In this document: positions 19,222 through 27,230 of the stretch, piece by piece
Position numbering within the stretch: the first letter of the stretch is position 1
Layout of the letters: the number at the start of each line of letters is the position of its first letter
Assembly (NCBI GenBank): GCA_044376115.1
Contig: JBILLK010000015.1
Coordinates: 32,001-96,000, forward strand
DNA from: Polyangiaceae bacterium
GTDB taxonomy: Bacteria; Myxococcota_A; Polyangia; Polyangiales; Polyangiaceae
Direction of reading: 5' to 3'
Length of the DNA stretch: 64,000 nucleotides
Program-made: the position numbers and the translations under genes
The notes under the pieces: model-generated
Told to the model about the DNA's origin: nothing
Seen by the model: only the letters and a program-made list of their open reading frames with translations
The model's database searches: none

Positions 19222-20546
19222 AACCCGAGACCTTCGGCGAATGGTTGCTCATCGACAAGCTCTCGAAGCGCTCGATGACCGAGGTCTATCGGGCGGTGAA
19301 GCTCGGTGATCGGTCGGGTCGCTCCTTCGTCGTCAAGCGCGTGCCTCTGGGGGAGCCGGCCGCAGGCGCCATCGCGGAGTCGTTGCGGCGCGAGACTGCC
19401 GTATTGCGTAGCGAGGGACTCGTCGGATGTCCGCGCTATGTGGAGTCCTCCGACCTGGGCGGGCTTCCCTACCTCGTCCTCGAGTACGTCGAGGGAACCT
19501 CGCTTGACCGCCTGCTCTCAGTAGGGCCTTTGGCCCATGATATTGCGCTGGGCCTCGGCCGAGAGCTGGGGTTGGTGTTGGCCAAACTTCATGAAGTAGG
19601 CTTCGTCCACGGCGACATCAGCCCTGAGAACGTGCTGGTCGATGAGCTTGGCGAGGTCACCCTGATCGACTTCGGGCTCGCGTACAAACTCGGCGCGTCG
19701 CGGGATGGGCCGGGCGGAAAGCCTGGCTATACCTCTGCGGAGGCTGCGCTGGGGAAGCCGGCAACCGCCGCAGACGACGTGATGGCGTGGGGGATCATCG
19801 TGGCGGAGGCGATCTTGGGTCGGCACCTCTTTCACGAGACCGATCTTGCTGAGGCCGCAACACGAGCGGAGTCTCTCCCCGCCGAACTCGAGGCCCATCC
19901 GCTCCTGGCTCGGGCCCTCGCGCGGGATCCTGCGGTACGGCCGACCGCCCGCGAGCTCTGCGATACCGCTGAGACCGTTGACCGCTCGGTCCTCGGAGAG
20001 CTTGTCTCGGCGCTACATCGCAATCCTGAGGCGCCGCGCGTCGTGCGCTCCGCCCCCGTGTCGAGAACCGTGGCGCAGCTGCTCAAGCCGGTGGCAATAG
20101 CGGCACCGCCAATCGATGCGCGCACGCTGATCGAACAGACGAACAATGTTGCTCCGGCCAAGCCGGGGTTCAACAAGGCCACAATTGCGGCGCTCTCGCT
20201 TGGTTTAGTGTTCGCGCTGGGCCTTGGGCTGGTGATCGGTCGGCGCATGCAAGTCCGCAACGCCAAAGCCTCAATCACCTTCCCGATGTTACCGGCCCGG
20301 ACCGAGGTCGAGTTGGATGGTGCCGTGCTGCTCGTGCCGGAGCCCGGTCGAGCCATCCCGATCGAGCCGGGCAAGCATCGCGTCACCATCCAAATTGGGC
20401 GGCGAGAGGCGACCGACTACGAGTTCATGGCAGCGCCTGGCGATCACATCGTGGTGGTAAGCGTAAACCCCGCCAAGGCGGGGCTGGCGGAGAGCGCCGA
20501 AAAAGAGCCTGAACGCCCGCGGGGCAAGGTACGAAAGAACCAATAG
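19218..20546 (+). CDS. Ser/Thr kinase-like protein with TM and PEGA-like C-terminus
   Basis: VVKR, HGDISPENV and DFG present; Gly-loop replaced by KLSKRSMTEVY; ATGA coupling to the amidase. Confidence 0.82.
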   Translation: MKPETFGEWLLIDKLSKRSMTEVYRAVKLGDRSGRSFVVKRVPLGEPAAGAIAESLRRETAVLRSEGLVGCPRYVESSDLGGLPYLVLEYVEGTSLDRLLSVGPLAHDIALGLGRELGLVLAKLHEVGFVHGDISPENVLVDELGEVTLIDFGLAYKLGASRDGPGGKPGYTSAEAALGKPATAADDVMAWGIIVAEAILGRHLFHETDLAEAATRAESLPAELEAHPLLARALARDPAVRPTARELCDTAETVDRSVLGELVSALHRNPEAPRVVRSAPVSRTVAQLLKPVAIAAPPIDARTLIEQTNNVAPAKPGFNKATIAALSLGLVFALGLGLVIGRRMQVRNAKASITFPMLPARTEVELDGAVLLVPEPGRAIPIEPGKHRVTIQIGRREATDYEFMAAPGDHIVVVSVNPAKAGLAESAEKEPERPRGKVRKNQ

Positions 20547-20587
20547 TTCCTTTCCAACAGACACTCTTCTGTTATAGGAGAAGAGCA

Positions 20588-22837
20588 ATGACTGCTTGGA
20601 AAGAACGGCTCTCCACGTCTCTTCCTGAGAACCTCGGCCGAGAGATCGACATCTTCGAGACCGAGATTGATCTGCGACGGCGCGGCAAGCTCGAGGAGAA
20701 GCTATTTGCTGAGACCCGCCTTCGTCGCGGTGTCTATGGTCAGCGCTACGACAACGGGCAGCGGCATGACGGGGAGGCGCAACAGCAGCTCAGTTACCCT
20801 TCTGGCGAGCTGACGAAGGGACCGCAAACCCTGTGGGACGCCCCAGGGATGCAACGGGTCAAGCTGCCCTACGGCAAGGTGACGATCGAGCAGCTCGAGG
20901 TGTTAGCCGAGTGCGCAGAGGAATACTCGGACGCGATCTTGCACGTAACGACGCGGCAGGACATCCAACTGCACTTCGTTCACATCGAGGACACTCCCGA
21001 CATGATGCGGCGCCTCGGCGCTGTAGGCGTAACGACGCGTGAAGCCTGCGGCAACTCCGTGCGCAACATCACGGCCTGTCCGTACGCCGGCGTTTGCAAC
21101 GATGAGTCCTTTGACGTCGCCCCCTATGCCCACGCGGCAACCTATTTTCTGATGGGCCACGACGATACGCAGGACTTCGGGCGGAAGTTCAAGATCGCCT
21201 TCTCAGGCTGCGCCGACCACGCCTGCGGGCTCACCAGCTTCCATGATATTGGCTGCGTTGCACGTATTCGAGAGGTGGACGGGCGCAAGCAACGCGGCTT
21301 TGCTTTCTACGTCGGTGGCGGCCTGGGCAGCGTGCCTCATGCGGCCAAACTGCTGGAAGAGTTCGTCCCTGAGGAAGAGCTTTTGCCGATGATGCAGGCG
21401 GTCTGCAGGCTCTTTACCAAGTACGGTGAACGAGAGAATCGAGCGCGCGCTCGGCTCAAGTTCGTAATCAAGAAGCTCGGTATCGAAGAGTTCGCTCGAC
21501 TCGCGCGAGAAGAGCGCCTCAAGCTGAAGGCGGACCCACGCGCCACGGCGTACCTCGCGGATCTGACGACTACCGATGAGAAGCCGATCGCCGCAGCTGC
21601 GCGACCGCTGGTGGCTGAGAGCGATGCCTATCGAGCGTGGGCCAAGACCAACCTGCGGCCGCAAGCCCAGCAAGGCTACTCGGTGGCCACGGTCACGCTC
21701 CCACTCGGTGACCTAACAAGCTATCAAGCCCGGAAACTAGCCGAGATCGCCGGTGAGCTAACCGGCGACACCATGCGCACCACGGTTGAGCAGAACCTTT
21801 GTTTGCGCTGGTTGCGCAATGAATACGCACCAGAGTTCTTTCAGCGGCTTCAAGCCATTGGCTTGGCCGAGGGCGGAGCCAGCACCATAACGGACATCAC
21901 GTCTTGCCCAGGGACTGACACCTGCAAGCTTGGAATCTCGTCTTCGCGTGGATTGGCCGGCGAGCTGCGTAAGCGACTAACGGTCATTCAAGACCAACTT
22001 GCTCCTGAGGCGCGCGCGCTGCACATCAAGACCAGCGGCTGCTTCAACTCGTGCGGCCAGCATCACGTCGCCGACCTGGGCTTTTTGGGCGTCAGCCGCA
22101 ATGTCAGCGGGCGGCGCGTACCGCACTTCCAGGTGGTGGTTGGCGGCCAATGGGAAGCCAACGGCGGGGCCTTCGGCCTAGCGATCGGCGCGATACCGTC
22201 GAAGAACGTACCGGAGATGGTCAAGCGGTTGACCGCTCGCTTCGTCGCCGAGCGACAGCCCGCAGAGTCCTTCACCAACTTTGTTCAGCGAATTGGCAAG
22301 AAGGAGATTCGCACGATGGTCGAGGCGCTAGCCGAAACGCCAGCCTACGAAGCTGACCGCAGCTTCTATTCGGACTGGGGCGACCCCCGCGAATACACGA
22401 TCGGCGATATGGGCGTCGGCGAGTGTGCCGGTGAAGTCGTACCGTTCGTGATCATGGCACTTGCTGCTGCCGAGCGGGAGGTGTTCGAGGCTCAGCTTCT
22501 CCTCGATCAGGGGAACGCCAAAGACGCGTCGCAACGTGCCTACCGAGCCATGCTAACGGCTGCGCGCGCGCTTGCTCGTGACAGGCTCCCGGATCTCGGG
22601 GAGGCTGCCGACGAGATCGTAGAGTCGTTCCGCACGGAGCTCGTGGACTCCAAGCTATTTCTCGACCCGTTTGCCGGCGCCAAGTTTGCCCACTACCTGT
22701 TCAAGGCCCATAGGGACGGGGATGAGTCCTCTGCCGAGGCAGCCCACCAACGCATCGAAGAGGCGCAGCTGTTCGTTGATGTCTCGTATCAGTGCTACGA
22801 GCGAATGGTGCAAGCCCGGGCGCAAGCGGCCTCTTAG
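20588..22837 (+). CDS. Siroheme/[4Fe-4S] nitrite/sulfite reductase with C-terminal HEPN-like helical domain
   Basis: HVTTRQDIQLH, ACGNSVRN, RKFKIAFSGC, and Fe-S/siroheme ligands SCPGTDTC..SGCFNSCGQH; C-terminal AYRAMLTAARAL helix. Confidence 0.9.
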   Translation: MTAWKERLSTSLPENLGREIDIFETEIDLRRRGKLEEKLFAETRLRRGVYGQRYDNGQRHDGEAQQQLSYPSGELTKGPQTLWDAPGMQRVKLPYGKVTIEQLEVLAECAEEYSDAILHVTTRQDIQLHFVHIEDTPDMMRRLGAVGVTTREACGNSVRNITACPYAGVCNDESFDVAPYAHAATYFLMGHDDTQDFGRKFKIAFSGCADHACGLTSFHDIGCVARIREVDGRKQRGFAFYVGGGLGSVPHAAKLLEEFVPEEELLPMMQAVCRLFTKYGERENRARARLKFVIKKLGIEEFARLAREERLKLKADPRATAYLADLTTTDEKPIAAAARPLVAESDAYRAWAKTNLRPQAQQGYSVATVTLPLGDLTSYQARKLAEIAGELTGDTMRTTVEQNLCLRWLRNEYAPEFFQRLQAIGLAEGGASTITDITSCPGTDTCKLGISSSRGLAGELRKRLTVIQDQLAPEARALHIKTSGCFNSCGQHHVADLGFLGVSRNVSGRRVPHFQVVVGGQWEANGGAFGLAIGAIPSKNVPEMVKRLTARFVAERQPAESFTNFVQRIGKKEIRTMVEALAETPAYEADRSFYSDWGDPREYTIGDMGVGECAGEVVPFVIMALAAAEREVFEAQLLLDQGNAKDASQRAYRAMLTAARALARDRLPDLGEAADEIVESFRTELVDSKLFLDPFAGAKFAHYLFKAHRDGDESSAEAAHQRIEEAQLFVDVSYQCYERMVQARAQAAS

Positions 22838-22844
22838 GACATAT

Positions 22845-23375
22845 ATGCTCAGCTCGCGAATCGCTCTCAAAGTTTACATTAATGGCGTTGCACCTGAGCT
22901 CCCCCGAGTTCTAGAGGCATTCCACGGCTGGATCCGGGAGAAGAAGCTTCCCGAGACGCTGATCGACGTTGTGGACTACAGCCACGTTCACCACGGGCCG
23001 GCCGTGCTTCTGATCGGTCATGAATCGGATTACGCCCTCGACCTTTCGGAAGGGAGAGCTGGACTCTCGTATCAGCGCAAGCGCGCCCCGGAAGCGTCGC
23101 CCGGGCCGCTTAGCGATAGTTTGAAGCGGGTCCTACGAGCGGTGGAACTGCTCGAGCAAACGCCCAGCCTTACGCCGCTGCAGTTCAGTCGAAGTGAGTT
23201 CAAGCTCTCACTCCTCGATCGGCTGAATGCTCCGAACACGTCGGAAACGCGAGCGGCGTGCGAGGCGGAGGTGCTGAAGAGCTTTGCAGAGTTGGGGGCC
23301 TTCCAGGTGGAGCAAGAGGGGATCGGCAGCAAGGAGCCCTTTACGCTGCGCCTGCGTGTCGCTGAGCAGAACTGA
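22845..23375 (+). CDS. Conserved-looking hypothetical protein
   Basis: 176 aa starting 7 nt after the reductase stop; FHGWIR..LIDVVDYSHVHHGPAVLLIGHE motif. Confidence 0.7.
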   Translation: MLSSRIALKVYINGVAPELPRVLEAFHGWIREKKLPETLIDVVDYSHVHHGPAVLLIGHESDYALDLSEGRAGLSYQRKRAPEASPGPLSDSLKRVLRAVELLEQTPSLTPLQFSRSEFKLSLLDRLNAPNTSETRAACEAEVLKSFAELGAFQVEQEGIGSKEPFTLRLRVAEQN

Positions 23376-23436
23376 GCGCGCTCCTTCTCGAATGCAGCGA
23401 GCTGCCTCTGCCAAGCGGTGCTAGAAGCGTTCTCTG

Positions 23437-24123
23437 ATGGCACGGCAAAACCTAGGAAGGCTACTTGGAGCTCTACTTCTCGTCACTGCCTGCAAGGCTG
23501 GCGGCCTCCCTGACGACGCAAAAACCACTGTCTTATCCTTCACCGAGCTGGACTGCGCAGAGTGCGGTGAATCCATGGCCAAAGCACTGATCGCCGAGGA
23601 TGGGGTGTTCAAGACCGCCTTCAACCAGCGCAAAGCTGAGCTTACGGTGGTGGCGGAGGCGTCCGTCGATGTGTTGGCGCTCGCCGAGAAGAGTAAGCCG
23701 AAGGACGAGGAGTGGAACCTGGTCGCCGGTGCCGGCAAGGGCGCCTACATTGACTGGGCGGCCCCCGCAGCCGGAATGGATGTAAAGCAGGTCGCCACCG
23801 ACGGGGAGGACGTTCCGGACCTCAAACCCCACCTGGCAGCTGGGAAGGTCACCATCGTGGACTTCTCCGCCAAGTGGTGCGAGCCGTGCCGCAACTTGGA
23901 TACGGCCGTGCTCAAGCTGATGGAGAGCAAGCCCGGCGTCGCCTATCGCAAGCTCGATGTTGGGGACTGGGATACACCATTAGCGGCGCGCTATCTCAAA
24001 GGGGCAAGCGTGCTGCCGCACGTTCTGGTTTTCGATCAGAAGGGTGACCAAGTCGCGACGGTCTCAGGATTCGATTTGCCCAAGCTCGAGGCGGCCTTGA
24101 CCAAGGCCGAACAGGCGAAATGA
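23437..24123 (+). CDS. Lipoprotein: HMA-like CxxC domain fused to thioredoxin domain
   Basis: Lipobox VTAC; 'LSFTELDCAECGESMAKAL..EDGV' (HMA-fold pattern); 'TIVDFSAKWCEPCR' thioredoxin motif. Confidence 0.85.
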   Translation: MARQNLGRLLGALLLVTACKAGGLPDDAKTTVLSFTELDCAECGESMAKALIAEDGVFKTAFNQRKAELTVVAEASVDVLALAEKSKPKDEEWNLVAGAGKGAYIDWAAPAAGMDVKQVATDGEDVPDLKPHLAAGKVTIVDFSAKWCEPCRNLDTAVLKLMESKPGVAYRKLDVGDWDTPLAARYLKGASVLPHVLVFDQKGDQVATVSGFDLPKLEAALTKAEQAK

Positions 24124-25232
24124 GGAGGCTTACTCCATTGGCCCTGCTCGTGATTGCCGCGGCCTGGCCGAGGGCGCTCTTCGCCGAGGCCTGAGGGGCC
24201 TGAACCAATCCCAACCTGCCGGTCGGCGGGTCGAGCAACCTTCCTATCGTTCCAGGACAGCTGGCCCTGCGGCTTGAGCAGTCGTTCGCGCCTATGTCGG
24301 TATCGCATGTCGCGGAGTGTCCGGACTTGGGGCCAGAGTGTTTCGGCGGTGGGGCCCCGCCCACGCCCTACAACCACCACGTTGACCAACTCATGGCGGA
24401 GACGGTCTTCGACCTATCGCTCGGTCTCAGCGAGTGGTTCGCCATCGACGCGCGCTGGTCCCTTCGCGTTGCTGACGTCAATCCGACCTATAGCGAATTG
24501 GACGGTACACCCAAGCTCGTCCCCAATGACATCCACCATCACGACGAGACGCTCGTGGATCCGACGGACCCGTGGCTCGTAGCAAGGCTCGCCGCAAGCC
24601 GAGACAACGTCTTTACGATGATGAGGCTTGGCTTCTCTTTTCCCGTAGGCCGCACCGAACCAGACCCCTACGTGCTTGGACGAGAGGGCAAAAGCCATGA
24701 GCACCTGCAAGCTGGAACTGGGACCGTCGTTCCGATCATCGGAGTTGGGCTTTCGCTGCGCCTCGCCGAAGATACCAGCACGCCCGTCACGCTTGCGCTG
24801 TCCGGTACGGGTTTACTCAATGTGTACGAGAACGATGAAGGCTTCCGCGCGCCTTCGCGGCTATACGCCAATCAACGGGTTAGTGTGGCCTTTCTTGATG
24901 GCCAATTGAATCCCTTCGTAGAAGGCACCTTCGCTCACGAAACCGAGGAGTATTGGCAAGGAGAGGTTGGCCTCGAGGGCACCAACGTGCGCTCCGAGGT
25001 CTACGTGGGTGGGGGGCTTGCTTGGCGCTTCGCCGAGCAGTGGTCGGTCGATGCGGCCGCTCGGGTGCGGATAGCCACGCTAACCCACGCGCCGACCTTC
25101 ACGAACTATGGCGTCTTCTCCCTGGGCCTCTCAACGCGATTCTCACTTTGGGGTGGGGAGGGCACTACGGAGCCAGAACCAGCGATCCGTGAGCGTAGGG
25201 ACAACGGCGAAACAGTGTTCGAGAAGCAATAG
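24120..25232 (+). CDS. Putative selenoprotein (U25-G-A-U28): exported His-rich outer-membrane beta-barrel/transporter-like protein
   Basis: ATG 24120 (ATGA overlap with upstream stop) is in frame with ORF 24294..25232. Translation is MRRLTPLALLVIAAAWPRALFAEA-TGA-G-A-TGA-TNPNLPVGG..., with no other stop for 370 codons. SECIS-like hairpin follows; body has alternating beta-strands and a GFSFPVG...HLQAGTGT motif. Confidence 0.75.
24214..24231 (+). promoter_or_regulatory. Candidate bacterial SECIS element
   Basis: ACCUGCC-GGUC-GGCGGGU 7-bp stem (one G-U pair); GC stem starts 11 nt after UGA 24201-24203; apical GGUC resembles the E. coli fdhF SECIS tip. Confidence 0.7.
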
Positions 25233-26618
25233 TCAGTCTGACGCCGCTACTACCTGAGTATCAATGCCAAGCCGTTCTAGGGCCGCGTGAGCCGCGCGCA
25301 CGCGCAAGTGCGTGCCCTCGTCATCATGCCGCTCAGACAAGACAGTAGCCTCCGCGTGGATGTGGTGGATCCGGGCGTGCTCCGCGTAAGGCACAAATAC
25401 TTCAGCCTCCTCGAAGGCTCCGTCAAAGTGCTCAACGATAGCGTCCCTTACTTTGAGCACGTCTTCCGGGTCTCGAGTCGAGATCCAAAGCACCCGATCG
25501 GAGACCTCCGCACGGACCTCACGATCGATCCGCGCCACCTCTTCCTCTGTCAATTTATCGCGTTTATTGAGCACGATCGTCGAGGCCATCTCGGTAGCGC
25601 CGATCTCCCGCAACACCGACTGCGTCACCTCCAGCTGGGCGCGGAAGGTCGGGTCGGCTGCGTCCACCACAAACAGCAGTAGGGAAGCCTCGAGCGCTTC
25701 ATCCAAGGTCGAGCGAAACGAGGCGACAAGCTCATGGGGAAGCTTCTTGATGAAACCGACGGTATCGCTCACCAGAATGCGTGGGTTCGTCTCCGGACGC
25801 AGCGCGCGTACGGTGGTATCGAGGGTCGCAAATAGCTTATCGGCGACGTAAACCTCACTACCCGTTAAGGCACGCATGAGCGAGGACTTGCCGGCGTTGG
25901 TATAGCCCACGAGCGCAACGCGTCGCTGCTCTTTGCGCGCTGCGCGCCGCGTGGCTTGCTCGGTGCGGATTGCTTCAATCTCGCGCTTGAGTTCGGAGAT
26001 GCGGTCACGAATACGCCGCTTATCAAGCTCGAGCGCGCTCTCACCGGCTCCCTTACCACCTATTCCACCGCGCTGACGGTCACGCCCAGCGCCCGCCTCC
26101 CGCAGCCGTGGGGCGACGTACGTGAGCCGCGCGATCTCGACCTGCAACCTGGCTTCACGACTCTTGGCGTGCCGATGAAAGATCTCGACGATGACCTGCG
26201 TGCGATCGAGCACTTCTTTGCCGGTCGCTCGTTCGAGATTGCGTTGTTCGCTCGGCGAGAGCTCCAGGTCCACCACGACCACATCGGCGATTGGCTCACG
26301 CCCCTCGCCGATAGCTGCCGCCTCGAAAGGCTCATCCTCTTCGTCGTCCTCCCCCTCGCCCGAAGCTCGGCCTTGAATGGGGACGTCCGCTACACCGGTG
26401 CCGCCAGTCAGCGCAGCAAGCTCTTTCAGTTTGCCAACGCCCAAGATGGTGCCCGAGCGCGGATGGGCTCGCTTTTGATTGACCGTGGCGACAGGAATCA
26501 AGCCAAGCGTCGTCGTGAGGCGCGAAAGTTCTTCGACGTTTTCACGCTGCTCGAGATCGGACACATGCGGCGGCTGAATCGTAACGAGAATGGCGCGCTT
26601 GGTTTCGGGCTCAGTCAT
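25233..26618 (-). CDS. hflX: GTPase HflX
   Basis: VLDRT..I.EIF..HA.SREARLQVEIA; G1 GYTNAGKSSL; LFATLDTT; DTVGFI; NKxD. Confidence 0.96.
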   Translation of the reverse strand: MTEPETKRAILVTIQPPHVSDLEQRENVEELSRLTTTLGLIPVATVNQKRAHPRSGTILGVGKLKELAALTGGTGVADVPIQGRASGEGEDDEEDEPFEAAAIGEGREPIADVVVVDLELSPSEQRNLERATGKEVLDRTQVIVEIFHRHAKSREARLQVEIARLTYVAPRLREAGAGRDRQRGGIGGKGAGESALELDKRRIRDRISELKREIEAIRTEQATRRAARKEQRRVALVGYTNAGKSSLMRALTGSEVYVADKLFATLDTTVRALRPETNPRILVSDTVGFIKKLPHELVASFRSTLDEALEASLLLFVVDAADPTFRAQLEVTQSVLREIGATEMASTIVLNKRDKLTEEEVARIDREVRAEVSDRVLWISTRDPEDVLKVRDAIVEHFDGAFEEAEVFVPYAEHARIHHIHAEATVLSERHDDEGTHLRVRAAHAALERLGIDTQVVAASD

Positions 26619-26719
26619 GGGTGCTGCACACTACCCGAGCCGCAGGACTCGCGCTTGTCTCAACCGCTCGCGGTACGAGAGTTTCGGCGCGGACCACAAT
26701 CGCGTTAACGTCGAAGACG

Positions 26720-27160
26720 ATGAAGCTATCGGCTTTCGGGTTGAGCTTGCTGCTGGTGGGGCTCCTCAACTGCTCCTCTCGCCCCACCGCTCGCGCCCCC
26801 GAGCAGGAAGCGCAAGCGACCGCGGGGAAAGGTGAAAGCTACGCGGTGGGCCCTGAGCCCAGCGCGGAGGAGTTGTTAGCGGAGCTCGAGCGCGCCGAGG
26901 CTGAGCTCGCAGGGATTGGAGTTCCCGCTGTTGCACCGTCCGCCGCAGGCGCGCCAACCCCTGCGGCTCCAATGCAAGCCCCGGCCACAACTGGCTGCGA
27001 GCGGAGCTGCTCGGCCTTCGCGTCGATGAAGCGGGCCAGCACGGCTCTTTGCCGACTTGCAGGTTCTGAAGATCCGCGCTGCAGCCTTGCGAACGAAAAG
27101 GTCTCCCGAGCATCACTCCGGTTGCAACAGGCCAACTGCCAATGTGTTCCAACGCCCTAA
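26720..27160 (+). CDS. Small hypothetical lipoprotein with Cys-rich helical C-terminus
   Basis: MKLSAFGLSLLLVGLLNC; CxxxCxA..SMxRA...LC......C...C-x-C pattern. Confidence 0.65.
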   Translation: MKLSAFGLSLLLVGLLNCSSRPTARAPEQEAQATAGKGESYAVGPEPSAEELLAELERAEAELAGIGVPAVAPSAAGAPTPAAPMQAPATTGCERSCSAFASMKRASTALCRLAGSEDPRCSLANEKVSRASLRLQQANCQCVPTP

Positions 27161-27230
27161 CAGACCCAAACGACCAACGACCAGCGCACGATCCCTGGCG
27201 CCCAGGGCTGAACTCACTACACTCGCCGGT

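Noticed and set aside
24192..24203. Genome-wide UGA reassignment (Trp/Gly) as explanation of the in-frame TGAs
   Set aside because: Many conserved genes here (nuoA, cobA, tldD, hflX, psd, tag) end at TGA at their expected C-termini.
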